DNA of 64,000 nucleotides from Macrostomum lignano. Its lineage: Eukaryota. Made by a program: the position numbers and the translations under genes. Position 1 is the first letter of the stretch, and each line of letters starts with the position of its first letter. The stretch spans positions 372,001 to 436,000 of the forward strand of contig NIVC01000142.1 of NCBI GenBank assembly GCA_002269645.1, read 5' to 3'. This document shows, piece by piece, positions 1 through 21,147 of this stretch. Below the pieces are notes generated by a model. That model was not told where the DNA came from. It ran no database searches and saw only the letters and a list, made by a program, of their open reading frames with translations.

Positions 1-126
1 GACACACAGATTCACTATCTGGACACACAGATTCACTATCTGGACACAGAGATTCACTATCTGGACACAGAGATTCACTATCTGGACACAGATTCACTAT
101 CTGGACAGAGATTCACTATCTGGACA
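1..126. repeat. About 19-23-bp minisatellite (CACAGATTCACTATCTGGA), galectin intron
   Basis: Direct tandem copies visible. Confidence 0.9.
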
Positions 127-134
127 GCACTCAC

Positions 135-2575
135 GTCTTGGCCAGAAAGTCAGGTTTCATGGTGATGAGCAGGCAGGCTCCTGCAGAGAAAAACCCGCCA
201 CCAGTTTTATCGACACCCTCCAGCGACATTCGGTAGGGAAGCTGGGGATAAACGGCCGAATAGATGGAGGCTGCTGATGAAGCTGCGGCTTTGTCACTAT
301 CTGCTTCGCTGATGGTGAAGCGCAATGGGCTGTACTGCAATTGTGGGTGAGTGTGCATTCTCGAATGTGCGGGCCGCATTCCGTGATCGTTCTTCAGAAA
401 GGACTGCCACCGATCCGGGAGAAGGGTTATGACCGATTTTCGGGATGGGTTATGAGCGACCTTTAGAATGGGTTATGACCGATGTTCGGGATGGGTTATG
501 AGCGACCTTTAGAATGGGTTATGACCGATGTTCGGGATGGGTTATGAGCGACCTTTAGAATGGGTTATGACCGATGTTCGGGATGGGTTATAAGCGACCT
601 TTAGAATGGGTTATGACCGATTTTCGGGATGGGTTATGAGCGAACTTTAGGATGGGTTATGAGCAGTCGGGAAGAAGGCTTATAAGCAATCTTTGCGAAG
701 AGTTATGAGTAATATTTGGGAAGGGTTTTGAGCGATGTGGAGGAAGTGTTAAGCGATGCTGAGCGAGGGTCATGAGCGATGTTGAACGAGGGTCATGAGC
801 AATGTGGAAGAAGGGTCATGAGCGATGTTGAGCGAGGGTCATAAGCAATGTGGAAGAAGGGTCATGAGCGATGTTGAGCGAGGGTCATAAGCAATGTGGA
901 GGAAGGGTCATGAGCGATCTGGGATGCAGTCTTAAATTAACTGTCATGAAGCATCACAGAGGCGCACATGTACCTTATAGTCCACTTCGTAATAAACGGC
1001 AGCCAGTTTCAGGCCCCTATAAATGCCAATCGAGTTCACCGACTCCGCGGGCATCCGGTGGGGAAACGCGGCGAAATGCTCCTCGTTGTAGGATATCTGA
1101 CAGTGAGGAATACATGGGCTCTGTTAAAATTGGCTCTTTATTACAGTTGTTTGCTGGCATAAGATACCGCTAGTTGGAACTTTTAACAAGTGAATACCGT
1201 GTTCTGTAAAATGGTTGCTACAACTATTTAATCTAATCAACACCCGTAATCAGCTGACCTCACCTGACCTTAAATAGAATCATATGACCTCGCCTGAACT
1301 CACCTAGGCTCACCTAGACTCGCCTAGAATCGCCTAGACTCACCTAGACTCACCTAGACTCACCTAGAATCACCTAGACTCACCTAGACTCACCTAGACT
1401 CACCTAGACTCACCTAGACTCACCTAGACTCACCTAGACTCACCTAGACTCACTTGACCTCTAGAACTCTGACTCTGACCGACATAATTTGACATGGAAC
1501 TCAACACTGACCTTCGATTTCGACTTAATTTCTATATTCCCAAGCTTCAAAGCCATCCCATCCCATTGGGGTCATTCGATCCTCACCAAGAACGCCTTAG
1601 TCGTGACCAGCACCGACATGCTGAATGCGCGGCCCTTACGTAGCGGCAACTCGCGCACCTTCATCTCCGATTGCCACTTGCCGGCCACCGTCGAGTTCAT
1701 CGCCAGCAGGCGGTCGTTGAGTTTAGCGCGCAGGTGCAGCGCAATCTGCTTCTGTGGCGCCATGAAGTCAACGATGAAATGCTCAGTCTCCGGCAGGACA
1801 AAGGCGGCCAGAGTGATCATGCAGCCTGGCGCCAGTTGAATGCCCTCCCGTGTGTACTCCGGCGTCTGCGATTTTAACATTCAATTTGGCTTGTCCTTTC
1901 GCTGCTAATACTGCCTACCCGGTTACATAAGTAGTAATATACGTACTAAGCAATACTGACTGCTGCAGACACAGCATCGCTAAACGCCTTACTAAGCACT
2001 GACTGCGGCACACACAGCATCGCTAAACTCCTCACTGAGCAACACTGACTGCTGCACACACAGCATCGCTAAACTCCTCACTGAGCAACACTGACTGCTG
2101 CACACACAGCATCGCTAAACTCCTCACTGAGCAACACTGACTGCTGCACACACAGCATCGCTAAACTCCTCACTGAGCAACACTGACTGCGGCACACACA
2201 GCATCGCTAAACTCCTCACTGAGCAACACTGACCGCGGCACACACAGCATCGCTAAACTCCTCACTGAGCAACACTGACTGCTGCACACACAGCATCGCT
2301 AAACTCCTTACTAAGCAACACTGACTGCTGCACACACAGCACCGCTAAACTCCTTACTAAGCAACACTGACTGCTGCACACACAGCATCGCTAAACTCCT
2401 CACTGAGCAACACTGACTGCTGCACACACAGCATCGCTAAACTCCACACACAGCATCGCTAAACTCACCAATGTCATCAGCAGCTCACCTGAATATCCAA
2501 ATCACAGTTGTCCAGCTCATCTCTGGTTGGATCAAAGAAGCCGGCAGTACGAAACGGCGCCTTGAACAATGCCAT
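135..2575 (-). CDS. Tandem-repeat galectin-like protein (3' end lies beyond the window start)
   Basis: Phase-consistent GT-AG exons 2489-2575 (ATG), 1587-1865, 974-1096, 135-334. Spliced product has galectin-fold motifs: LAPGCMITL..FIVDF..IALHLRAK..AMNS..GKWQSEMK..LPLRKGRAFSMSVLVT..ISYNEEHFAAFPHRMP. The last exon begins what looks like a second CRD (PYRMSL..GACLLIT). Confidence 0.8.
420..915. repeat. About 20/40-bp minisatellite (GGGTTATGAGCGA...)
   Basis: Direct tandem copies visible. Confidence 0.85.
1245..1470. repeat. 10-bp satellite (CACCTAGACT)n
   Basis: Direct tandem copies visible. Confidence 0.9.
1955..2465. repeat. 46-bp minisatellite in galectin intron 1
   Basis: Unit CACTGACTGCTGCACACACAGCATCGCTAAACTCCTCACTGAGCAA. 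Confidence 0.9.
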
Positions 2576-3379
2576 CCTAGAACCCTAGAATACTAGAATC
2601 TGCTAGCTTTTAATAAAATTTGAAACATTCGAAATGATTTGGACAATAAGCAAGTCTTAGAAAATCAGGGCATTCACTTTTTATGGGCTAAAAGACTGTG
2701 AAAGATTGGAGAGGGAGAGAGACAGGGTCTGTACACTAGGCGAAGGAGGGGGGAAAGAAGGGAGAGAGAGGGCTGGTACTACAGATCATGAAAGTACATT
2801 GCACAGTACAGAATATAGGCCTAGTAAAGCCGTTGCGCTGATATCAAAGATTGACTCTACATTCTACCGTACAACCCACCACCCCAAAGAAGTGTTTGCT
2901 CGCGGCATTTCCGACTCCCCTAAACCCCTCAGTATAGGGGCAGTACGCATTGGTCAAAGTTGACCAAAAACACTTCACCCTCTCCTACGAGTACTAAGCA
3001 AATGGTACGCTCGCGCACATGTGGGCCCGCACTCTGTGGCAGCAATTAAAGGGTGTCTAAGAACAGGTGGTTTTGGTTATTATTTTCTTATGTAAGTATG
3101 TATGCATACACGAATACATGAATAATATGCAGCTGCGCAAAAGGCCATGCATGCTGTTGCCAGATTTCGATTTCAGATCTTGGCAGCTTGTAGAACTTGG
3201 GTTGGCTGACTTTATTCAACTAATAATAGAGTTGCAATGCTCCACATAGCAGCAGCTCTGTTCCACAGGCATGAACGGGGGTTACTCGCTAAAACATTGT
3301 TCTTAATTTTAACTCAACTGAGCATGGCCTGGTTGTGTAAGAGAAAAAGCCAGGTTTAAGTGGAGTGAAAGAGAAAAAA

Positions 3380-4070
3380 GGAATGAGAGCAGGAGGAGAG
3401 AAAGGTGAGATCGGGTTGAGAGCAGGAGGAGAGAAAGGTGAGATCGGGTTGAGAGCAGGAGGAGAGAAAGGTGAGATCGGGTTGAGAGCAGGAGGAGAGA
3501 AAGGTGAGATCGGGTTGAGAGCAGGAGGAGAGAAAGGTGAGATCGGGTTGAGAGCAGGAGGAGAGAAAGGTGAGATCGGGTTGAGAGCAGGAGGAGAGAA
3601 GGGTAAAATCGGGTTGAGAGCAGGAGGAGAGAAGGGTGAAATCGGGTTGAGAGCAGGTCGAGAGAAGGATGAGATCAGATTGAGATCAGGGTGAGCAGGT
3701 GGGGACCAGGGTGAGATCAAGGTAGGCAAGTGGGGACCAGGGTGCGATCAGGGTGAGCCGGTGGGGACCAGGGTGAGATCAAAGGTAAGCAGGTGGGGAC
3801 CAGGGTGAGATCAAGGTAAGCAGGTGGGGACCAGGGTGAGATCAAGGTAAGCAGGTGGGGACCAGGGTGAGATCAAGGTAAGCAGGTGGGGACCAGGGTG
3901 AGATCAAGGTAAGCAGGTGGGGACCAGGGTGAGATCAAGGTAAGCAGGTGGGGACCAGGGTGAGATCAAGGTAAGCAGGTGGGGACCAGGGTGAGATCAA
4001 GGTAAGCAGGTGGGGACCAGGGTGAGATCAAGGTGAGCCGGTGGGGACCAGGGTGAGATCAGGGTGAAAT
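3380..4070. repeat. Adjacent 33-bp and 31-bp related minisatellites
   Basis: GAGCAGGAGGAGAGAAAGGTGAGATCGGGTTGA, then GCAGGTGGGGACCAGGGTGAGATCAAGGTAA. Confidence 0.9.
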
Positions 4071-4683
4071 TATTGTGAGATCCGCTATGAGTTCAAAGGA
4101 TATCAAGGTGATGCCAAGTATGAGATTAGGGTGAGAGCAGATATGAGAACATGTTGAAGAGCAGGTTGAGAAGTAGACAACGAAAAGTTATCAAGTAAGC
4201 ACTGGGCGGTAAGTATCTATGTATACAGCATTAGTGTATGTAAAAGCAGTAAAAGCAAATAACAAACTTCCGTGAAATTTTTGAAACCTGATCTATTATA
4301 CAAGGCCACAAGTCTGTCTCTTTCTAATTATTTTTTTTAACAAATATAAACAGATAATCTGCACAAGCGCACATGTTACTAATAGTAGGAGACACATGTA
4401 CGGGAGACGCAGCTCAGATTTCGTTGAAATTGTCTATGAAAATAAAGGACATAAAGTAACTGTTCGTACTAATTATATAATTTATTATTAATCGTATATT
4501 GTACACTGATAGCGCTTTGAACTGGCGTCACGTGATGCCCCAACTCGAATCACGTGATTAGCCAAGGTCAATCCAGCGCGACTCCAGTATCAATTTCATT
4601 TTAACTCTATCGATAAAATTTACCAAAAGTTCAAAGTAAAGTCACGCGATTTGAATAGCTAACTTTCAAGGTCACGAGTTGTA

Positions 4684-12245
<7,562 letters not shown>

Positions 12246-13051
12246 CTGAAACCGCTGCGCGATAAATAAGGAAAAATGCGGTGCGTTTATTTGTACACGT
12301 CTGCTCACAGGCAGTTTTTTTTCAAAATTTACGCCCGCAATATAAATGACACTTACATTCTGATTCATCATTTTCATCTTGTGACATTAGAGTCAAGTCT
12401 CCCAATACCTTCTCGTGGTGTTGATCGATTTGAAGAAGCTAAAATTGTTGTAGAAATGTGTGGTAAGTGTTAAATTTCAACGAACTGAGTTGTGAAAATT
12501 CACAAAAAACTGTCTTTGTCGCTAAACAGTTTTTGTACCTTGATTGTTATATCTAATACTATCTCCATACCTTAGATACCTCACAGTATAAAAGTAGCCT
12601 CTAATTGATAAGTAGGTAATTATTCGAATGTTACAATGTTTGTAAGAATGCTTTCCTGCTGTAGCTTTCATTTCACTTTGTAAAGTGTAGCTACATCAAA
12701 TCAAAATTACTGCGCATCCAACAGAGAATAGCTAGCAAAGGTACGAATTTCGCGGTTTCGTTTCTAGTCAAGTTGACTGAATTCGATCTAAATTCAAATT
12801 ACATCTCGCACGCAATTAAAAATGGTTTGTCGAATTTTAGAACTTTGGCGCCAGTTTTAATAATTCTGTATGCATTGACTTGTCAGAAAAGTGAGCAAAT
12901 CAGGTAAAATTGACGAAAAAGAAACTTTTTATCTTCCAAAAATTATCAGATTTTTCCAACCTTTAAACATAAAAAACATCGGTTTAGAATGAAAAATATG
13001 TTTTCAGTCAACCGCAACCTATCAAATGTCATAGATTCAAATTAAATAATA

Positions 13052-13200
13052 TCTCTACCTATAAAAACCAAAACTCTGTCTGTCTGTGGACAAATTACTT
13101 CGCTATGGACTCCCAAACCGCTCAACCAAATTACACCAAACTTTACACCCACCCTAAACTTACTACGGAGAATGTCTTAGGCTACCTTTTAATTTCCTAG
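13052..13200 (+). mobile_element. Possible non-autonomous Helitron 5' end
   Basis: A|TC start, TCTCTACCTATAAAAAC followed by (CTGT)n and ACCGCTCAACCAAATTACACCAAACTT, resembling invertebrate Helitron-type termini. No 3' hairpin/CTAG end found. Confidence 0.3.
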
Positions 13201-14269
13201 ACTCAAGTCTTCCTACCTAAAAGTACAAAAAACTGCTCAAAATGCGCGATTTTTTAACTAAATCCTCCATAGCGCCGCTCCACTTCTACCGATTCTCTTC
13301 AAATTTGACACAGGCAATTTTCAACTATTTTGACACAATCGTGTAAAATTTCAAATCTCAAAGTTACTCCTGAAAGCCGCTGTGCACTTTTAAAGTTAGG
13401 CTGTTTTTTCAGCGAGGCAGCCACCCCAACCTCCGCCCGCCTGCCTCTCTTTCCCGATCTGGGCCCAGATGTGAAAAAGGGGTTTAAATTGACTAACTTT
13501 CGGCTGCCATAAGTTTGCTCCACGTGAAGCGATTGACTTCAAACTTGACACAATTCTTCATTGACTCATTCTCTGTCTAAATGTTAAGTCTTAACTCTGT
13601 AACTCAATCAGAACAGAAACTGTAAGCATGTGAAGTTTGTCTGCTTTTTCTGTTGTTTGTGGCGCTCAACTCACTCATTCCCGCAGTCCAGACGAAGGGT
13701 CAGGCGATAGGGCTCAATGTACATAGCAAATGTACAGTGTTTTGGAATAGCTTTATTTATAACCTTCTCTGCACCCCGAGAGTGGAGAGGCTACGTTTAG
13801 CCATAACAGTTTAGTGAGAAATTCTAACCACTGCCCTCCCCTCTGTATTGGCAAACTCTGCAGCAGTTTAACACTGGATGGCAATTGGCAAATCGAGGGA
13901 ATCCAGCATGGTTTGTAAAAGCGAAAGATTTATGAAAAGGCGATGCGATGCAATGCAATATAACCCTACTAAATTAGGCACACCATGGAAATTTTAGGTT
14001 TCTTTTAAAGGTACTGTGTAAATTTTAAATGGCCTCCTAAGAAATGCGTATTTCCTTGGTTGTTAGACTGATGCAGACTGCAGTGGAGCTGAAGATACAA
14101 AAATTCTTTTCAGGGCTTGCAAATTGGCAAGAAAGATGACATGATCAAAGCATGAGAACAGCCATGAGAGTACTACGTCCCACAAACTGGCTTTCCAAGC
14201 AGGAATGGGCAGACTTTTACCTCTAAGTCCAGAAAAGAATCCAGCTTATGGCTGAGGGGCAGTTGAGAG

Positions 14270-15200
14270 TGGGGAGAAGAAGGAATAGACTATTCGAAAA
14301 GAGAGGAGAGGTGAGAGAGGGAATAAGAGAAAAGATAAAAGATAATAGGAGAGATGAGGGAGTGAGGACGATGAGAGGAGAGAGTAGAGGAGCGAGTAGA
14401 GAGAAAAGAGTAGAGGAGCGAGTAGAGAGGAGAGAGTAGAGTAGCGAGTAGAGAGGAGAGAGTAGAGAGGAGCGAGTAGAGAGGAGAGAGTAGAAGAGCG
14501 AGTAATGGGGCGAGTAGAGAGGAGAGAGTAGAGGAGCAAGTAGAGGAGCGAGTAGATAGGAGAGAGTAGACAGTAGAGTAGATAGGAGAGAGTAGACAGT
14601 AGAGTAGCGAGTGGAGAGGAGAGTGTAGAGGAGCGAGTAGAGAGGAGTTAGTAAAGAGGAGAAAGGAGAGATAAGAGAGAGAATGGAAGAGAGAAGAGAT
14701 AAAGTTGTACAGATGAGAGAGGTGTAAGGAGAGATGAGAAATGAGAGATGAGAGATAAAGGAGGAGAGTGGAGAGAGAAGAGACGAGACAAGAGATGGAG
14801 AGAGTATATAGAAGAGGGAAGAGAAGAGAAGAGAAGAAAGGAGAAAGGAAGGTGAGGAGACAAAAGAGGTGAAAGAAAAGAGTACAGAGGACAAAATGAG
14901 AGAACATTAAGACAGTAAAGATGACAGATGAAAGAGGGGGGATGAGCTGAGAGCAGAGACAAAAATGAACGGACGAGAGATGGGAGAATAGAGAGAACAG
15001 AAGAGAGATAAGAGAGAAGAGATTACAGAGACGAGAGGAGAGACAAAGGGAGAGAGAAGTGAGTGAGGCGAGAGGAGAGAAAAGAGGAGAATGGAGGGGA
15101 GAGAGTAGAGAGGAGAAGAAAGATGGGAGAGAAGAGATTACAGAGACTAGAGGAGAGAGGAGAGACAGGGAGAGAGAAGAGGAAATAGGAGAATGAAGAG

Positions 15201-15287
<87 letters not shown>

Positions 15288-15715
15288 CAGAGCAGATAGA
15301 AACGAGAAGCGATAAGAGAGAAAAGATAAAAGAAGAGAAAGGAGAGATGAAAGAGCAGACGAGAGAGAAGAGAGGTGAGGGAAGAGACGGGCGACGAGGG
15401 GAGAGAGAAGATATAAAACAAGAAAAGAGATGAGTGGAAAGAGAGAGAGGAAAGATGTGAGGGAAGAGACGAGAGAAGAGGGGGAGAGAGGAGAGAGGAG
15501 AGGAGGGAGAAAACGAAAGAGTAGAGAGGAGAGAGAAGAGCAGAGAGAAAACGAAAAGTAGAAAGGAGAGAGGAGAGGAGAGAGAAAAGAATAGGGAAGA
15601 GAGATGAAACAGAAGAGAGATGAGGGAAGATACAAGAGAAGAGAGGAGAGAGGAGAGAAGAGAGAGGAGAGACGAGGGATGAGAGAGAAGAAAGGAAACA
15701 AAGAGACGATAGAAA
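14270..15715. repeat. GA-rich low-complexity tract with a pure (GA)n core
   Basis: Purine-rich plus strand; (GA)n at about 15205-15281. Confidence 0.9.
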
Positions 15716-18418
15716 TTTTAAAGGATCCAAGGGACGTAGGGAGAGTCAGGGAGAGACCAGAGTTTAGCAATATATGTTTTAGAGTCAGACAGACATTGCC
15801 TGACATTCTGCGCAGTACCCCAGCCAACAATATCAACGTTTGCCTCAAACCCTAATTTTACACGAATGTGCTCCATTTTATGTCTACCTCTATCCTACTA
15901 ACTATTAACAAGTTTTTGTTTGTGTATGGCCTTAGATTTCAGAATACATGCAAAAGTAGTTCCGGAGATTAGAATTCCCCGGGTTCAAAATCCGCGGGTT
16001 TCAACAGCTTGTACAAACTAAAATATACCATTATTAAATAATATTACTAAAATTACTTAAATATGAAAAGAAAGCAGACATACCAATGCCGCTTCCTCTT
16101 TATTAAGGTATGTACCCTGCTTCAATGAAGACATCTCTCTGTTGCTTTTTATGGGTGTGCATTCGATTGTAAAAATACTGAAAAATGAACAATTTCATTT
16201 AAGTTGAAGTTGATTCGAGTTGTTTAGTGTGACTAAATAATGGGTAATTTTTTAAATTCTGAAACTAGAATTTTTTCTTTTAAAACGCACATCTCAGTAA
16301 CACTATAAGCTAAATTGAACGATATATATATTTTTCAGCGTATTTTTGATTTAATCTGCTCAAAGTTCAAAACAATTGAACGAGGGGGCCGGGGCGGCGC
16401 GAGAGACTCAATCTAAGATTTAATTGCCAAAGATGCGAAAAATTTAATTGGCATTAACAATTAAAAACTTATGATTTTTTAAGAAAATATAAAATAGTCT
16501 AGTTATTGTATATTATTTATTTTTTGTTAATTAAAGCAACGCTTCTGTTCTATATTGATATTGTGATAATATATGTAAATTTTGTCCTAACTCTAAAACT
16601 CAAATTCTAACATTTTTAGATGCATGGCCCTCATGGGCCTATGTTCTCTAATATGTTATATAATATAGTATAGGGCCTACCAAAAAATATCTTCTATGGC
16701 TATGATATAAATTCAAGTTTACATCAAAACAAAAAGCATTGCTGCACATAATATGTATACCAGAAAGTTTTTTATACATAGGCCTAGTAGGGCACAAATT
16801 TACTATGGCATAGCTGTTGTATTATGTAGGGTATTATAAACTAAGTAAATATACATTTAGGTCCTTTTGTATGCCAGAATTTTTTGGCATATAGGATTTG
16901 GGAATAAAGATATAAGCCCTATAATAGAAGTATAGAACCTTTGAATTTTTGCTAGGCTTATTGAAAGTAGTTATTCTTCAGGCCTAGTTATAGCCTAGGC
17001 CCTAGGATAGGCTAGGATATCATTCAATGTCTATGATATATGCAAAAGATACAAAAATATTTTGCTTTTTAGCCTTTTTATCCCTTTTTGATGTCAAAAT
17101 AAATTATATTTATAGAATTCAAATATAGGCATACCCCAAATCTTTTTTTGTCTAGGCCTATCTCTATAGCTAAATCATTTTCTATGGTATAAATCTATAG
17201 CTAGGCCTATGTATAAAATTTCTTTTAACTTTTATTTAATAATGTTAAATTCAATAGTAATAGTTTCTTTATCATTTACTTTAACATTTTAATCTATTAC
17301 TAATTCATTTAAGAGCAAGTTGACTATTAGAAGGCTTATTATTATAATCACTATATGCATTTATGCCTAATACCTAGCCAATTTTGCAAGAGGTCTAGAC
17401 AAGGTAAGTTGCAAAAATGTTTATTTAAAAATACAGATAGTAGGCCCCTACTTATTAGATGATAAGGCATATAGGCTAACTAATATACTTGTGATCATAG
17501 TTACTCTAGCCATTTATAAAAAATTACATTAATTTTTTTATTTTCAATTACTTATAAATAAGTTACATTACATTTTTGGTCAAAAAGTAATTCATGGTTA
17601 GATAAACTTTCAAAGTTAGGCATGTCTGACTATATAAAAATGACTAGGCCTGTATTTATCTTAACTTTGGGTATTTAATATAATTATAAAATGTATACAT
17701 GTTATAAAAAATTGATTATTTATTCTTTGACAATGAAGGCTTAAGGGCTTGTATAGGCCCTTTGCATTAAATGTGAAAATATTTATACATTATATTTTAA
17801 TTAATAGAGTAATAATTAAGTAAAATTGCAATTTTTTGATATACATAATAAACAAGTCAGAAGTACTATTGTGTCTAAACTGTTAGATTTTATAAGCTCA
17901 ATCAGATGTCTTCATATTCTAAGCAGTAAGGCAGGAAGTGCGCAAGCAAACTAGGCTGCAGTTTTGGCAATGGTAATGATATCCATACCAGACTTTACAA
18001 TTCTTAACAGTATATCATAAAATATCAATATTGTAGTCTAGGTTTTTTATGCAATAGAGATGCTATAATATCCTGACTTACCAAATTCTTCCTGAAGTTG
18101 GACCTTGGATAAGATTCACATCCTAGTGCCAGCATAAAAACCCAGCTTGTAGATTGATTTTGTCTAATAAATTCTCTATAGACTCCATCTCCATAAGTTT
18201 GCATTGTGAAATGACTAGTCTGAATTTACTATTCAGTTCTGTCTGAAATTCAATAGAAGAATGCATTGCAATAAATGCTTGAATTCTTAGATAAAATGAA
18301 AAATTGCTGTATTGCAAAGGAAACTCAATTCTGTATTTCATATTTTCCCTCTCTTTTAGCACTTAATTGATGCCTATCCATGCAACCAACTCCCATATAT
18401 GCATGCCCGATTGCCTTC

Positions 18419-19860
18419 ATGGCCAGTCCGCACAACACCAGCAAGCAGCAGCGGGAGCTCGAGCAGGCCGCCAGGCGGGCGGAGCGCGAGCGCAAGCGGC
18501 TGCAAAAAGAGGCGGAGAGGCTGGCGAAGGAGGCGGAGCGGCAGAAGCGAGAGGAGGAGAGGCGGCTGAAAAAGGAGGAGGAGCTGCGCAAGAAGGAAGA
18601 GGAGCGACAGGCGAAGGAGGAAGAGAAAAAGGCCAAAGAGGAGGAGCGGGCCAAGCTGAAAGAAGCCAAGGAGGAGGAGAGGAAAGCGAAAGAAGAAGAG
18701 AAAGCCAAGCTGAAGGAGGCCAAGGAGGAGGAGAGAAAGGCGAAAGAGGAGGAGAGGAAGGCCAAGGAGGACGAGAAGCAAAAGAGGCAGGAAGAAGAGC
18801 GCAGGCAGAAGGAGAAGCAGGCGAGTCTTCTGGCCAGCTTCTTCATCAAGAAGCCGGCAGCCTCCAGCGGATCCCAGTCGGAGGTCGGGGGTTCGAGTCA
18901 GACTGAGGAGGCGGCAGCGCCGGAGGAGAAGCGGCGCTTCATGCCGTTTCCGCTGCGCCGAGACGCCCGGCTGTGCCCGGCGATTCGCAGGGAGCCGCTG
19001 ACTGAGTCGGAGAGAAATACTCTTGAGCAGTTTTTGAGCAGCGATGCAGCACCGCAGGCTGAGTCCTACCTCACTGAACTGAAGCATCGCCGGGGTCGCA
19101 GCTGCCCTCAGACCTGGCCACTTAGCGAGTTCCTGCAAGGCGGCTCCGATCCCGACGTTGTCATGGTGACGGAGACGCAGTCGCTGCGCAAGTGCAAGCT
19201 GTTGCAGTTCTGCGAGAACCACAGGCCCGCCTACTTTGGCACCTGGGGCAGGCGGAGCAGCGCCATCTCCGGCCGGAACCCGCTGAGCAGAGACGCGGCC
19301 ACCCTGGACTACGATGTTGACAGCGAGGCCGAGTGGGAGGAGGAGGGCGAGGGCGAGGATCTGGACAGGTCCGAGGGAGATCCAGAGGAGGCTGGGTCGG
19401 ATGATGATGACGAGGATGAGGCTGCCTTTGTTGTCCCCACGGCTACCTGAGCGATGACGAAGGCGAGAACCCTGCGGAAGCTGAGGATGAGGCTGAGGAT
19501 GCTGAAACCAGGAAGAAGCGGCAGCAGCTGAGGCAGCGCGCGTTCGAGGAGAGCCAGCAGAGAAAAGTGCAGCGGCTGAAGCCGATTTTGTTCGGCATCA
19601 GCTTTGCCGAGCTCGCGGAGATCGCCGAGGAGGCGGCCTTCTGCTGCCACGAGGCTCTGCCAGTCGACTGTGACCCGCCACCCAGCCAGCCTCCGACACC
19701 TGATGAGGCTGGACGCAAGCGCCCGGGATCGGCCAAGCGGGCTCGCGGCTCCTCAGCCTCCGCCGCATCTCCGGCCGAGTCTGGGAAGAAAATTCGGCGC
19801 CCCATCACCGACTTTTTCCAGTCTCCGTCTTCCGGGAAAAAGCTGCCTGTACAAAATTGA
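18419..19860 (+). CDS. CHAF1A: Chromatin assembly factor 1 large subunit (p150/Cac1-like), apparently intronless, 1-nt frameshift at 19435-19438
   Basis: KER coiled-coil, then KLLQFCENHRPAYFGTW..SGRNPL..LDYDVDSEAEWEEEGEGEDL (CAF1A domain). The conserved FVVPHGYLSDDEG motif is split by a missing C; the downstream frame is open to TGA at 19860. The start codon is uncertain. Confidence 0.85.
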
Positions 19861-21147
19861 CTGACGTTTGCACCTGCCCTGCTGTTGCACTGGCATCTTG
19901 TGGCATCCTGTTGACCCTTTAGTGCATTTTTATGACTGGCTCATGTTTGTTAGGACCCGAGTGAACTTATCGTCTGAGCATTTGTTTAAAACAGGTTCTG
20001 GACACCCTGTCGTCGGAGAAAGAAGGGTATTTTGTCGTTTGCAGGATTGCGTTTAAAATCTAAATGAAGGTTTTTCTGGTAATGGCTAAGTAATAATATT
20101 ACATGACGTTCAATGTTCAATATCAAAATTCTCGAAAGTGACAGTTGGTTGTCCAGAGACTCACTAATGCAGCGTAATCTGATCTTGCATTCACAATATT
20201 TACTATTTTTTTCTTGTAACGTTGGTAATATTTTATTGCATATTAGGGTTTGTAATTTATGCTTTACTAAAACTCTATTGTGAGTTATTGCAATATCCAT
20301 ATCTGCTTTTACATTTTGTTATATAGTCAATATTTATAAGCAAAAATATATAATTCAAGTTCCAAACAAATGTCGCAGCTTGTAAACTTCAATGTATTTG
20401 AATCACTTGCAACAAGTAACAGAAAACATATGAAAAGTGCTCTCGTCTTTCGCAGCACAGGCAATGTAATGTCTAATGTCTTTTGAAAAGTGCCTCAAGT
20501 CTATCCTTGGTTCAAAGTTGGTTGTCGCGAAATGAAGATTCGAATTTGAGGGTTAACCCTGGCGAAACTAAATCGTAATCTTAATAATGTCTAGATAAAA
20601 CTCAAAAACTTAATAATAAGACTGAAAGTTCTAGTTAAGTGCGAGAACGACTTTAAGTAGACCTAAGTCATTTCTTGATTTAGTTATGTCCTACTCGTAG
20701 ACGCAAGTGCTTCCGTCGGTGTTAAGACATTTGTAGTTAGTTTAAACATTAAGTCTACAGTAAAACTAAATTTGGCTATATTCGCGGTATTTGCCTTTCT
20801 GTGAACAGAAGCGCCTAAATTACTCCGTTTAATTTGCTATCCAAGAAATCTTTTCTATCCATCGAAACTTCGAATCATTAGGAATTTTCAAATGAACCGA
20901 AGAACATTTCCCATTAAAACGAAGTGGTAAAAATTGCCAAAAAAATTGTACTGAAATCAATACTTTTTACGAAAAAATCCCTAAAGAAGTTAAAAAATTA
21001 TAGCAATTAGAAAAAACGTAAATTTATTAAAGTGTTTCGGTCTTGTTTACCTGTTAATTTTAAATTACAGAAAATGCATAATTATGAATTACTTAAGTCT
21101 TAAGCATGCAAGGAACCCATCTATCATTTTTAAAGATAGGCCTAATA

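Noticed and set aside
14223-15855. Ser/Leu-rich hydrophobic ORFs
   Set aside because: Artefacts of the CT/GA low-complexity tract.
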